Assembly: GCA_027022125.1 (NCBI GenBank) | Contig: JALVZI010000393.1 | Location: 1 to 25,439 of the forward strand | Reading direction: 5' to 3' | Length of the DNA: 25,439 bases | Source: Anaerolineae bacterium | GTDB taxonomy: Bacteria; Chloroflexota; Anaerolineae; 4572-78 | Shown: piece by piece, positions 1 to 9,153 of the stretch | Position numbering within the stretch: the stretch's first letter is position 1 | Layout of the letters: the number at the start of each line of letters is the position of its first letter | Translations under genes and position numbers: made by a program | Notes under the pieces: generated by a model | Told to the model about the DNA's origin: nothing | Seen by the model: only the letters and a program-made list of their open reading frames with translations | The model's database searches: none

Positions 1-4
1 CCGA

Positions 5-694
5 ATGACTGTGATGACCCAAAACAAAATTCGTGTGCAACCCGCCGATGGCGCGGCACACAAAATACTGGTTGTTCCGGCGGAGGCATCGCTGCAAGCG
101 GTGTATGAATCGCCGCTGACACCGGCGCTGCTGCGCGAATCGCTCGGCAGCCCGACGACATGGCAATTGCGCAACGAAACCACCGCGCGCAAAGCCATCC
201 TTTCCCCGCAACTGGCGCCGAGATTCATCGCCGCACTGTTGGCGCTGGGCGCAACCGCCGAGTTTGCCGACACCACCCTGCCGCTGGAGCAGTATCTGCG
301 CCGCGCGGAAGAACGCTCGGATGTGCTGACCGCCATCCACATCCCCACGCTGGTTTCCGGGCGGGTATGGGCGGAAAAACACGTGTCGCGCACGCCCGCC
401 GATGAGCCGATTGTGTCGGTGCGGGCGGTAATTGACGCGCCCGACGGCACGGTTGCCGGTGCGCGGTTGGCGTTCACCGGCGCGTTCCGCGAGCATGCCC
501 GTCTCGCGCCCCAAGCCGCCGAATTGCTGCGCGGCAAATCGCTGACCGATGAGACCGTCGCGGCGGCGGCGCAGGCGGCAAGCGAAGAAGTTTCTCCCCC
601 CGATAATTTTATCGGCAGTGCAGAATATCGCCGCGCGATGGTGAAAATACTCACCCGCCGCGCGCTGGAATCTTGTCGAAGTGAGGTAAAATAG
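5..694 (+). CDS. Molybdopterin dehydrogenase FAD-binding-type (medium) subunit, YgfM/CoxM-like; possibly N-terminally incomplete or degenerate
   Basis: C-terminal part resembles the CO-dehydrogenase flavoprotein C-terminal domain (ARLAFTG...AAELLRG...SPPDNFIGSAEYRRAMVKILTRRAL). QLRNETT...AALLALGA aligns with the QIRNxATIGGN...ALLALDA segment. The stop is 2 bp before the Mo/Fe-S gene. Whether the frame is open upstream cannot be seen at the window edge. Confidence 0.75.
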   Translation: MTVMTQNKIRVQPADGAAHKILVVPAEASLQAVYESPLTPALLRESLGSPTTWQLRNETTARKAILSPQLAPRFIAALLALGATAEFADTTLPLEQYLRRAEERSDVLTAIHIPTLVSGRVWAEKHVSRTPADEPIVSVRAVIDAPDGTVAGARLAFTGAFREHARLAPQAAELLRGKSLTDETVAAAAQAASEEVSPPDNFIGSAEYRRAMVKILTRRALESCRSEVK

Positions 695-696
695 CC

Positions 697-3612
697 ATGC
701 AAAACAAAATGAATGTAACATTCACCATCAATAATGTGGAAAAAACGCTGACGGTCGGCGTGAAAGAAAGCCTGATGGACGCTCTGCGCGCCAACGGATA
801 TGTCAGTGTGAAACATGGCTGTGATACCGGCGATTGCGGCGTGTGCACCGTGCTGCTCGATGGCGACCCGGTGCGCAGTTGTATGGTGATGGCGGCGGAT
901 GTTGCCGGACGGCACATCACCACCATCGAAGGGTTGAGCACACGCGGCGAACCGCTGCATCCCGTGCAGCAGGCGTTTAAAGACAGCGGCGCGGTGCAGT
1001 GCGGTTTTTGCACCCCCGCGCAGATGCTCACCGCCAAAGCCCTGCTCGACAAAAATCCCAATCCCACCGAAGACGAAATCCGCGAGTCGCTGGACGGCGT
1101 GTACTGTCGCTGTACCGGGTATGTAAAAACGGTGGACGCGGTTCAGCACGCGGCGGCGCTGCTGCGCGGCGAAGAGTCGACCACCGGTGAGTATATCGAA
1201 AAAACCGTGCCCGCCGATGCGGAGAAAATCGGTGTACCGGACGCATACCGCCGCGCCGACGGCGGTCGCGCGCCGCTGCCGCCGCTGGTCATCACCCCGC
1301 CCGATATGCCCCCCACCGAGATTGTCGGCAAAGGGCAGAAAAAGGTGGACGCCGACAAATTGGTGCGCGGCTATCCCGTTTTTACCGATGACGTTCAGCC
1401 GGAGGGGATGCTGTATGGCGCGCTGCTCACCAGCCCGCACGCACACGCCATCATCAAAAATATCAATACCGAAAAGGCGAAAGCCATCCCCGGCGTACAT
1501 GCCGTGCTGACCTATAAAGATATTCCGCGTGTGCCGTATGCTTCCGGCGGGCAGAGTTACCCCAATCCGCACCCGTATGACCAGTTCAGTTTGGATTATA
1601 AAGTGCGGCACGAAGGCGACCGCGTGGCAATCGTCGCCGCCGAAACGCCCGAATTGGCGCAAAAAGCCCTGCGTGCCATCGAAGTGGAATATGAAGTGTT
1701 GCCGCCGGTGCTGAACGCGGAAGAAGCGATGAAACCTGGCGCGCCCGTCATCCATGATGAACCGGACGCGGTGGGCATTTTCGATGCCAAACGGAATCTC
1801 GTCCACCATATCGAAGCGGAAGTGGGCGATGTGGACGCGGCGATGGCTGCCGCCGAGCACGTTTTTGAGGGCGAATATCGCACGTCCAAACAGCAGCACA
1901 CCCATTTGGAACCGCACGTGTGCATCAGTTATTGGGATGAGGACGACCGGCTGGTGCTGCGCAGCAGCACGCAAGTGCCCTTCCATGTGCGGCGTATGGT
2001 CGCCCCGCTGATTGGCTTGCCCATCAAACAGATTCGGGTGGTCAAACCGCGGCTGGGCGGCGGTTTCGGCAACAAGCAGGAAATGCTGCTGGAAGACCTG
2101 TGTGCCCATTTGACCATCGCCACCGGACGCCCGGTGCGGATGGAATATACCCGTAAACAGGAATTCACCAGTTCACGCAGTCGCCATCCGAATATCATCC
2201 GCTATAAAATCGGTGTGACCGATGGCAAAGTTGTCGCCGCCGACCTGTATCTCATCGGCGATACGGGCGCGTATGGCACGCACGGGCTGACGGTGCAAAT
2301 GGTGGGCGGTTTTAAAGGATTGACGCTGTACAATGCGCCCAATTCTCGGTTTGTGTCTGATGTGGTGTACACCAACACCCCGCCGACCGGTGCATTTCGG
2401 GGATACGGCGCGACCCAGTGCCAATTCGGTATGGAAGTGCTGATGGAAGAAATTGCGGAAAAATTGGGGCTGGACCCGATTGAATTCAAACGGAATAACT
2501 GGCTGAAAATTGGCGAACCGATGTATCTGGCGCGTGCGCTCGGCGAGGGGCGCGAAGGGTTCGACCAGCAGATGGAAACGAACGGGCTGGCGCAATGCGT
2601 GCAAGCCGCCATCGAAGCCACCGATTACTATCGCAAACGCGAACTGTACCGCCAACAGACCGGCACCATCCGCAAAGGTATCGGGCTGACGGTGCAGATG
2701 CACGGCAGCGGCATCGCCGGGCTGGATATGGCGGCGGCAACGCTCAAAATGAATGATGACGGCTCGTTTAACCTGCAAATGGGCGCCACCGACCTCGGCA
2801 CGGGGTCAGACACTATTTTGGCGCAGATGGCGGCGGAAGTGCTCGGCATTCCGGTGGAAGACCTGATTGTCTATTCCAGCGACACCGATTTTACGCCGTT
2901 TGATACCGGCGCGTATGCCAGCAGCACCACCTATATCAGCGGCGGGGCGGTGCGCAACGCCGCACAGAAAATCAAAAAGCAAATTCAGGAACATGCCGCA
3001 CTGATGCTGGAAATTGACGACCCCGACTCGCTGGTGCTGAAAGACCGCAAAGTCATCGCTCCCGACGGGCGTTCGGTGACGCTGGCAGAAGTGGGATTGA
3101 GCAGTTTCCATCAGCAGAACCAGCACCAAATTATGGCGACGGCATCGCACATCAGTTACAGCAGTCCGCCGCCGGTTGCCGCACAAGTTTCTGAAGTGGA
3201 AGTGGATATGGAAACGGGGCAGGTGACGGTGGAACGGTTGCTGATGGTGGTGGATGCGGGACGGGTCATCAATCCCATCACCGCCGCCGGGCAGGTGGAA
3301 GGCGGTCTGGCGCAGGCGCTCGGTTTGGCACACAGCGAAGAGATGATTTTCGATGCGGAGGGTCGGCAGTTGACCACCACTTTCGGACCGTATCGGGTGT
3401 ACACCGCCAGCGAAATGCCCGCCGTGGATGTGATTTTCGTGCAGACGGATGAACCCACGGGTCCCTTCGGCGCGAAATCCATCTCGGAAATCCCGATGGA
3501 TGGGGTATCGCCCTCAATGGCGAGCGCCATTCACAACGCCACAGGTGTGTGGCTGCACGAAATTCCCTTCAAGCCGGAAACCGTGTGGCGTGCTCTGAGA
3601 GGTATGGAGTAG
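697..3612 (+). CDS. xdhD: Fused 2x[2Fe-2S] + molybdopterin-binding oxidoreductase (xanthine dehydrogenase family, XdhD-like)
   Basis: GCDTGDCGVC...C and QCGFC...CRCT Fe-S motifs; Mo-domain motifs STQVPF, GGGFGNK, AFRGYG, QVEGG; catalytic Glu in GAKSISE. The fused architecture next to a YgfM-like gene matches the E. coli ygfM-xdhD arrangement. Substrate cannot be determined from sequence. Confidence 0.88.
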   Translation: MQNKMNVTFTINNVEKTLTVGVKESLMDALRANGYVSVKHGCDTGDCGVCTVLLDGDPVRSCMVMAADVAGRHITTIEGLSTRGEPLHPVQQAFKDSGAVQCGFCTPAQMLTAKALLDKNPNPTEDEIRESLDGVYCRCTGYVKTVDAVQHAAALLRGEESTTGEYIEKTVPADAEKIGVPDAYRRADGGRAPLPPLVITPPDMPPTEIVGKGQKKVDADKLVRGYPVFTDDVQPEGMLYGALLTSPHAHAIIKNINTEKAKAIPGVHAVLTYKDIPRVPYASGGQSYPNPHPYDQFSLDYKVRHEGDRVAIVAAETPELAQKALRAIEVEYEVLPPVLNAEEAMKPGAPVIHDEPDAVGIFDAKRNLVHHIEAEVGDVDAAMAAAEHVFEGEYRTSKQQHTHLEPHVCISYWDEDDRLVLRSSTQVPFHVRRMVAPLIGLPIKQIRVVKPRLGGGFGNKQEMLLEDLCAHLTIATGRPVRMEYTRKQEFTSSRSRHPNIIRYKIGVTDGKVVAADLYLIGDTGAYGTHGLTVQMVGGFKGLTLYNAPNSRFVSDVVYTNTPPTGAFRGYGATQCQFGMEVLMEEIAEKLGLDPIEFKRNNWLKIGEPMYLARALGEGREGFDQQMETNGLAQCVQAAIEATDYYRKRELYRQQTGTIRKGIGLTVQMHGSGIAGLDMAAATLKMNDDGSFNLQMGATDLGTGSDTILAQMAAEVLGIPVEDLIVYSSDTDFTPFDTGAYASSTTYISGGAVRNAAQKIKKQIQEHAALMLEIDDPDSLVLKDRKVIAPDGRSVTLAEVGLSSFHQQNQHQIMATASHISYSSPPPVAAQVSEVEVDMETGQVTVERLLMVVDAGRVINPITAAGQVEGGLAQALGLAHSEEMIFDAEGRQLTTTFGPYRVYTASEMPAVDVIFVQTDEPTGPFGAKSISEIPMDGVSPSMASAIHNATGVWLHEIPFKPETVWRALRGME

Positions 3613-3636
3613 GGAGTAAGAAGCAGGGAGTAGGGG
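3606..3636 (+). repeat. Short heptamer tandem array (GGAGTAG-type)
   Basis: ggagtag ggagtaa gaagcag ggagtag; an inverted partial copy (ctacttcttactcc) lies at ~3707-3720. Confidence 0.6.
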
Positions 3637-3654
3637 AAAACGCATTGAACAAAT

Positions 3655-3710
3655 GTAGGGGCAGCCCTTGTGGCTGCCCTTTTGGGGCGACCACAAGGGT
3701 CGCCCCCTAC
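3655..3710. repeat. Inverted pair of GTAG-type REP-like palindromes
   Basis: GTAGGGGCAGCCCTTGTGGCTGCCC-TTTT-GGGGCGACCACAAGGGTCGCCCCCTAC. Each arm is an imperfect hairpin starting with GTAG and the arms are inverted relative to each other. Lies between convergent genes; a near-identical copy is at 9011-9066. Confidence 0.8.
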
Positions 3711-3726
3711 TTCTTACTCCATAACA

Positions 3727-4458
3727 TCAGTTTTCAATTTTGCGGAGTTTGGGTTCCAGTTCGCGCCGAATGCCGGTGAAACGGCGATTGAAATACGGAA
3801 ACAGATACAGCGACGTGCCCAGCCCGAACCAGAAGCCGGTCACGGTGCGCAGCCACCAGTTTATCGTGCCGATGGTGGTGCCGGAATAATATTCCGGTGG
3901 CATGATGCCGTTGGTTAGCCACACCGACCACAGATTGCCCGCGCGCCACACCGTGCCGAGCCGCTCGTCTGCCATATGGCTCAGCGCATCGAAAAACATG
4001 GGGAAGACAAATAGTATCAGCAGGGCGGGGGAGATGCGCGGTTGCCACAGATAACTGCTCCACAGCAAGCCGCCCGCCAGCAGCCCGATGAAAATTGCCA
4101 CCATACGGTGGTTCATCGCCATTTTCCAGCCCATTTCCGCATTGCCGACAAATGCCCGCAAGTTGTACCGATTGCCCCCCTGTGCCAGCACATCGTCCAG
4201 CGAGTAACTTTTCACCCCGCCGTCGGGACTGAACAAAAAATAACTGCGCTGCGGCAGTTGGTGGTCGTGCGGGGCGTATTGCCGGTACAGCCAGCGGGCG
4301 GCGTCTGTCCACCCCAGCGACATCACCAGCGGCGCGGCAATGGCACCCGCCAGCACCAGCGCGAACACACCGTTCACCGCCAGTTCCCAGTGGCGTGCCA
4401 GCCATAAAATTCGCTTTTGCAGAAAGAGGATGAGGGATTTGAAAAAAGGGGCGTTCAT
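3727..4458 (-). CDS. DUF2085-like predicted membrane protein
   Basis: 243 aa with several hydrophobic helices; HQLPQRSYFL matches the DUF2085 (C)HQxPxRS motif; FVGNAEMGWKMA..R follows. Confidence 0.7.
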   Translation of the reverse strand: MNAPFFKSLILFLQKRILWLARHWELAVNGVFALVLAGAIAAPLVMSLGWTDAARWLYRQYAPHDHQLPQRSYFLFSPDGGVKSYSLDDVLAQGGNRYNLRAFVGNAEMGWKMAMNHRMVAIFIGLLAGGLLWSSYLWQPRISPALLILFVFPMFFDALSHMADERLGTVWRAGNLWSVWLTNGIMPPEYYSGTTIGTINWWLRTVTGFWFGLGTSLYLFPYFNRRFTGIRRELEPKLRKIEN

Positions 4459-4485
4459 AGGATTTTTACGAAATAGCCAGAAATT

Positions 4486-4719
4486 TCATGCGGCGAGTTC
4501 CACCGATTGTACGCTTTCTTCTGCCAACCATGCTGCATAACGCAATGCTTGACGAATGTCTTCCGTCTCAAGGTAAGGATAAGCATCGATTATTTCGGGA
4601 ATGGTCATACCATTGGCAATTAAATTTAGAATCAGCGATACGGGGACACGCATATTTCGGATACATGCTCGTCCACCCATAACGTTTGGAGAGAAAGTGA
4701 TACGGTCAAGTCCTAACAT
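4486..4719 (-). CDS. DUF433 domain protein (antitoxin-type)
   Basis: RITFSPNVMGGRACIRNMRVPVSLIL...IIDAYPYLETEDIRQALRYAA is a typical DUF433 pattern; AGGAG RBS upstream. Confidence 0.9.
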   Translation of the reverse strand: MLGLDRITFSPNVMGGRACIRNMRVPVSLILNLIANGMTIPEIIDAYPYLETEDIRQALRYAAWLAEESVQSVELAA

Positions 4720-4731
4720 AATAATCTCCTG

Positions 4732-4959
4732 TCAAATTAGCGGGCTCATTCCCAATAGGTGTTCAATTTCAATACCATCATCCAAATCATCCCAGTAGAT
4801 GGCATACCCCCCCGGTTCGATTGACCAGTTATTCCGTTGGGTTTCAGAGGCGTTTGCGAGCCATTTTAGCCAATCAATTTTATCTACCGGTAAACTGATG
4901 GTACGATTATCGGATAGTAAAATTGACAATACCTTCCCTGAAAATTGCACATCTTTCAT
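4732..4959 (-). CDS. DUF2442 domain protein (antitoxin-type)
   Basis: DVQF...ILLSDNRTISLP...WLANASETQRNNWSI...GYAIYWDDLDDGIEIEHLL matches DUF2442. Start set at ATG 4959 (GGAG upstream); the longer GTG start at 4986 abuts the -10 box. Confidence 0.82.
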   Translation of the reverse strand: MKDVQFSGKVLSILLSDNRTISLPVDKIDWLKWLANASETQRNNWSIEPGGYAIYWDDLDDGIEIEHLLGMSPLI

Positions 4960-4987
4960 TTGATACTCCAATGCTAACACCACCAAT

Positions 4988-4996
4988 ATTATACCA
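4988..4996 (-). promoter_or_regulatory. Extended -10 promoter (TGGTATAAT) for DUF2442-DUF433
   Basis: Reverse complement of 4988-4996 is TGGTATAAT, an exact TGnTATAAT, ~30 bp upstream of the ATG. Confidence 0.6.
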
Positions 4997-5017
4997 TAAA
5001 CCCAAACATTCTCCCAT

Positions 5018-5045
5018 AAAAAAGCACACCGAGTTTTCGGTGTGC
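5018..5045 (-). terminator. Intrinsic terminator of the 5065-5661 gene
   Basis: 9-bp stem GCACACCGA/TCGGTGTGC with a 4-nt loop, followed on the - strand by a U6 tract. Confidence 0.75.
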
Positions 5046-5064
5046 CGGGGTTGGCGCGACACGG

Positions 5065-5661
5065 CTATTCGTCTGCTTTTTGGGGTACGCGGATGTAAAA
5101 AGTGCATTCTGGCGCACCGGTGGACATTCGCTGCAAAATGCCGATGGCAGCGCGCCCGTGCGGGGCGTGTTTATCTTCAAATTCACGGTCAACAAATGAG
5201 CGTTTTTCTGCCAGCGGCAGCGAGTCATCTAAATTGATGGTGTTCATCAGAAATGCCGGTTGTTTGCCCGTAACAATGTCAAACGCTCCCATCTTCATAC
5301 CCAAACACGCGGCGCAATTATGCTGATTTTTTTCGGTATATTCGATGTGCGGGCAGATTGTAATTCGCGCGCTGAAACGTTCGGGGGTATCCAGCAAAAT
5401 TTCTTCTTCAAATGAAAAACCGAATGGTTCCAGCAGGGTATAGCATTTGGCGAAAATATCGGCATAGCCTTCGCTGATGTCAAACGGTATCATTCCCCGC
5501 TCGACCATTTTTTGCAGGGCATGTTCCATAATTTCTGCCAGTAGCGGCACGGCGATGCGTTCGCCGTATTTGTCGGCAACCGTTTCGTAAATTGATTCAA
5601 ACGCAATTAAATGGAGAACATTTGCCAGAATTTTTGGGTCTGTCGAGTTTAGCGCCATCAC
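5065..5661 (-). CDS. Hypothetical protein with V4R/MetOD1-like Cys pattern
   Basis: 198 aa with a GAGGTG RBS and its own terminator; CPH...CAAC...MSTGAPECTF resembles V4R-superfamily small-ligand-binding domains. Family assignment is tentative. Confidence 0.55.
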   Translation of the reverse strand: MMALNSTDPKILANVLHLIAFESIYETVADKYGERIAVPLLAEIMEHALQKMVERGMIPFDISEGYADIFAKCYTLLEPFGFSFEEEILLDTPERFSARITICPHIEYTEKNQHNCAACLGMKMGAFDIVTGKQPAFLMNTINLDDSLPLAEKRSFVDREFEDKHAPHGRAAIGILQRMSTGAPECTFYIRVPQKADE

Positions 5662-5730
5662 TCACCTCTTGTCCATAAAAAATCCATTGAAATTGCTTTC
5701 ATTATACATTGTTTTCTGTCAGAGTGCATA

Positions 5731-5762
5731 AAAAATCCCCAACCGGCGCACCGATTGGGGAT
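5731..5762 (-). terminator. Intrinsic terminator of copA
   Basis: ATCCCCAA-CCGG-CGCA-CCGA-TTGGGGAT hairpin; the single mismatch becomes a G-U pair on the - strand RNA; U tract follows; 14 bp after the copA stop. Confidence 0.75.
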
Positions 5763-5776
5763 AGAAAATATGTGTG

Positions 5777-8236
5777 TCAGATTTTTGCCCGTCGCAAACG
5801 AAGGCTGTTGCTGACCACAGTGATACTGCTGAACGCCATCGCGCCGGCAGCGAGCATGGGGTTGAGTTGTCGCAATATATCTGGCACAAATGCGAAAGGA
5901 TACAATACACCCATAGCCACGGGAATGAGAATGATGTTGTAAATGAACGCCCAGAATAAATTTTGCTTGATAATCCGCATAGTGGCTTTGCTGAGTGCAA
6001 TTGACTGCGGCACTGAGCGCAAATCGCCGCGCATCAGGGTGACATCGGCGGTTTCCATTGCCACATCTGTGCCCGTGCCGATGGCAATACCGACATCGGC
6101 TTGCGCCAGCGCGGGGGCATCGTTGATGCCGTCGCCGACCATTGCCACCAGCCCGACCCCTTCCGCCTGCAATTTTTTCACTTCGGCGGCTTTTTCACCG
6201 GGCAGAACTTCGGCGCGCACGCGGTCAATCCCCACTTCGCGGGCGATGGCTTCGGCGGTGGCTTGATTGTCGCCGGTGAGCATAACCACCTGCAAACCGA
6301 GCCGGTGCATTTCCGCGATGGCTTCTTTCGATGTGGGTTTGATGGTATCTGCCACGGCGATGACTCCCGCCGCGTCGCCATCTACTGCCAGCCACATCGC
6401 GGTTTTGGCTTCCGACTGCAACTTTTCCGCCTGCGATTCCAGCCCATTCAGCCGCACCGAGCGTTCCAGCATCAGATTTTTGTTGCCCAGTGCGATTTCC
6501 CGCCCGTCAATGTGGGCAATAATTCCCCGCCCGGTGACGGATTCAAACTGTTCGGGTTCGGCAAGGGATAGATTTTCCGCCTGCGCGGCGCGCACAATGG
6601 CTTCGCCGAGCGGGTGTTCGCTGCCCCGTTCCGCCGATGCCGCCAACCGCAGCAGTTCGGCGCGGGGGTGGTTTCCGGCGGCGAGCACATCGGTGACCGC
6701 CGGTTCGCCCACCGTGACCGTGCCCGTTTTGTCGAGCACCACCACTTTCAGCGCGTGAGCGCGTTCCAGCGCGGCGCTATTTTTGAACAAAATGCCCTTT
6801 TCCGCACCTTTGCCCGTGCCGACCATAATGGCGGTGGGCGTGGCGAGTCCGAGCGCGCACGGGCAGGCGATGACCAGCACCGCCACCATGCGAATCATCG
6901 CCGGGGTGAACCCTGCGCCGACCACAAACCACCATACCAGCAGAGTCAGCGCGGCAATGCCGATGACCACCGGCACAAAAACCGCTGCCACTTGGTCAGC
7001 CAGCCGCTGGATGGGGGCTTTGCTGCCTTGCGCCTCTTGCACCAGCCGGATGATTTGCGCCAGCGCACTTTCCGCGCCGACTTTGGTCGCTTCGATTTTG
7101 AGCCGCCCGTTTTTGTTCAGCGTCGCGCCGATAACCGTGTCGCCGGTTTTTTTGTTGACGGGCATACTTTCGCCGGTAATCATACTTTCATCCACCGCCG
7201 ATTGCCCGTCCAGCACAATACCGTCCACCGGGATTTTTTCGCCGGGGCGCACGATGACCACTTCTCCCGCCGTCACTTTTTCGATGGGAATGTCAATTTC
7301 CTGCCCGTCGCGCACCACACGGGCGGTTTTGGCGCGCATACCCATCAATTTTTTGATGGCGGCGCTGGTTTGCCCTTTGGCGCGAACTTCCAGCAGTTTA
7401 CCCAATTTTATCAGGGTGATGATGACTGCGGCGGTTTCAAAATAAACGTGTTCCCCCGCTGCCAAACTGCCGAAAGTCAACATAATGGTGACGACGATGC
7501 TGTACACATATGCCACCGATGACCCCATCGCCACCAGCACATCCATATTGGCGGAGCCGTTGCGCAGGGCATGGTAACTGCCAACATAATAATCCCACGC
7601 GACATAAAATTGAACAGGGGTTGCCAGCGCGAACATCACCCAGTTGACCCACGGCGCGTGCGACCATGCGCCCAGAATGCCGAAATCGCGTGCCATGCTC
7701 AACAGAAATAGCGGCAGAGCAAACGCGACACCCACCCAAAATTTGCGGGTCTGGTCGGCAATTTCCGCGTCGCGGGCGGCTTGCTCGGCATCTTCCAAAT
7801 CGCCTTCAGTGGCTTCTACCACCCCGTACCCCGCGCGCTCGATGGCGGCAACCATATCGGCGCGGCTGACCAGCCCGGGAATGTATTCCACGGTGGCTTT
7901 TTCGGTGGCGTAATTGACCACTGCCGCTTTCACGCCGGGCACTTTTTTGTTCAGCGTGCGCTCGACGGTGGCGGCGCAGTTGGCGCAGGTCATACCGGTG
8001 ATGGGTAGTTCGATTTTGGCGGTTGCCACGCCGTACCCCACATCCTCAATTTTGTGGATGATGGCATCCATATTCAGGGCGGTGGGGTCGAAAGTGATGG
8101 TGGCTTTTTCGGTGGCGTAATTGACCACCGTGTCTGCCACGCCATCCATTTTTTTCAAATTGCGCTCAATGGTCGACGAACAATTGGCGCAGTGCATCCC
8201 CGTCACGGGGATGGTCAGTTGTTTTTCGGACATCAT
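5777..8236 (-). CDS. copA: Copper-translocating P1B-type ATPase
   Basis: Two N-terminal HMA domains (GMHCANC, GMTCANC), [28 protein letters not shown] and MAFSS Cu(I)-type transmembrane motifs. Confidence 0.97.
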   Translation of the reverse strand: MMSEKQLTIPVTGMHCANCSSTIERNLKKMDGVADTVVNYATEKATITFDPTALNMDAIIHKIEDVGYGVATAKIELPITGMTCANCAATVERTLNKKVPGVKAAVVNYATEKATVEYIPGLVSRADMVAAIERAGYGVVEATEGDLEDAEQAARDAEIADQTRKFWVGVAFALPLFLLSMARDFGILGAWSHAPWVNWVMFALATPVQFYVAWDYYVGSYHALRNGSANMDVLVAMGSSVAYVYSIVVTIMLTFGSLAAGEHVYFETAAVIITLIKLGKLLEVRAKGQTSAAIKKLMGMRAKTARVVRDGQEIDIPIEKVTAGEVVIVRPGEKIPVDGIVLDGQSAVDESMITGESMPVNKKTGDTVIGATLNKNGRLKIEATKVGAESALAQIIRLVQEAQGSKAPIQRLADQVAAVFVPVVIGIAALTLLVWWFVVGAGFTPAMIRMVAVLVIACPCALGLATPTAIMVGTGKGAEKGILFKNSAALERAHALKVVVLDKTGTVTVGEPAVTDVLAAGNHPRAELLRLAASAERGSEHPLGEAIVRAAQAENLSLAEPEQFESVTGRGIIAHIDGREIALGNKNLMLERSVRLNGLESQAEKLQSEAKTAMWLAVDGDAAGVIAVADTIKPTSKEAIAEMHRLGLQVVMLTGDNQATAEAIAREVGIDRVRAEVLPGEKAAEVKKLQAEGVGLVAMVGDGINDAPALAQADVGIAIGTGTDVAMETADVTLMRGDLRSVPQSIALSKATMRIIKQNLFWAFIYNIILIPVAMGVLYPFAFVPDILRQLNPMLAAGAMAFSSITVVSNSLRLRRAKI

Positions 8237-8439
8237 ACCTCCGGTGGGTAGTTGATTTCTTCCAGCAGTGCGGCAATGCTATCCCATGTGGCGGGCGCAT
8301 CCCACTGCACGGTGACCATTTTGCTGGCTTCTTCTGCTTTCACGCTGGCAATGCCGGGCATTTCGCCCACTTCGCGCTCGATGGTCATCACGCAGTGACC
8401 GCAGGTAATGTTGGGTACTTTAAATGTTTTGCTTTCCAT
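8233..8439 (-). CDS. copZ: Copper chaperone (HMA domain)
   Basis: 68 aa with ITCGHC; the stop overlaps the copA start (ATGA coupling); GGAG RBS upstream. Confidence 0.9.
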   Translation of the reverse strand: MESKTFKVPNITCGHCVMTIEREVGEMPGIASVKAEEASKMVTVQWDAPATWDSIAALLEEINYPPEV

Positions 8440-8471
8440 CAGAAAATCTCCTTATTTTGGTAGTATGAAAA

Positions 8472-8538
8472 TATGAAGTATGGAGCAGGAAGTATGGGCA
8501 GCATACCCATGCTTCATACTTCCTGCTTCTTGCTTCAT
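8472..8538. repeat. Heptamer-built inverted repeat between csoR and copZ
   Basis: gaagtat ggagcag gaagtat ... atacttc ctgcttc ttgcttc; GCAGGAAGTATG and CATACTTCCTGC are exact reverse complements. Confidence 0.65.
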
Positions 8539-8831
8539 AATTTGCCGGTGGCTTCAAAAATACTCATAATTTCACCGATGACCCGTTCGCGCTCGGCGGG
8601 GTCATCGCTGCGCAGGGCGGTGGTCACACATGTGTGCAGATGGCGGTTCAGCACGATGCTGTTCACTTTATGCAACGCGCGCTGCACTGCCAGCACCTGA
8701 TTCACAATATCGATACAGTATTCGCCATTTTCCACCATACGCTCAATGCCGCGCACGTGCCCTTCCACGCTTTTCAGCCGATTGATGATGCTGACGGTGG
8801 TTTCATCGGTTTGTTTTACGATTGTATCCAT
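8535..8831 (-). CDS. csoR: CsoR-family copper-sensing repressor (alternative start 8852)
   Basis: RLKSVEGHVRGI, YCIDI, HLHTC (Cys/His/Cys Cu(I) ligands); first gene of the copZ-copA cluster. Confidence 0.92.
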   Translation of the reverse strand: MDTIVKQTDETTVSIINRLKSVEGHVRGIERMVENGEYCIDIVNQVLAVQRALHKVNSIVLNRHLHTCVTTALRSDDPAERERVIGEIMSIFEATGKL

Positions 8832-8856
8832 AATTATAGGTATCCCTCCCATGTTG

Positions 8857-8883
8857 ACCCCACCCCCTGGTGGGGGGGGTATG
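8857..8883. promoter_or_regulatory. Probable CsoR operator (C-tract/G-tract pseudo-palindrome)
   Basis: On the - strand ATACCCCCCCCCACCAGGGGGTGGGG lies just downstream of the predicted -10 box; TAC plus C/G tracts are the known CsoR operator style. Confidence 0.65.
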
Positions 8884-8891
8884 TGTATGGG

Positions 8892-8919
8892 AGTATAATC
8901 ATTTTTTATAACGAGTCAA
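8892..8919 (-). promoter_or_regulatory. Sigma70-type promoter of csoR-copZ-copA
   Basis: -35 TTGACT (8919-8914), 16-bp spacer, -10 TATACT (8897-8892). Confidence 0.65.
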
Positions 8920-8937
8920 ATCACCCCGCCGAGAAAT

Positions 8938-8966
8938 CTGACATTCGGCGGCAGACGGGGTATCAT
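8938..8966 (+). promoter_or_regulatory. Sigma70-type promoter of the aminopeptidase gene (divergent from csoR)
   Basis: -35 CTGACA (8938-8943), 17-bp spacer, -10 TATCAT (8961-8966). Confidence 0.55.
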
Positions 8967-9010
8967 ATCGAAAAGTAACTGTTTAGGATTGGGGTTCGCT
9001 TCGAACAACT

Positions 9011-9066
9011 GTAGGGGCAACCTTTGTGGCTGCCCTGTTCTGGGTGACCACAAAGGTTGCCCCTAC
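9011..9066. repeat. Inverted pair of GTAG-type REP-like palindromes
   Basis: GTAGGGGCAACCTTTGTGGCTGCCC...GGGTGACCACAAAGGTTGCCCCTAC; same family and same 56-bp length as 3655-3710. Confidence 0.8.
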
Positions 9067-9153
9067 ATATCAAACGAATATCTGGCTTGATTTTGCAGTA
9101 GGTTCTAAAATATCAATTGTATCAAGATGTATTATTTGAAAGGGGCACTAACG

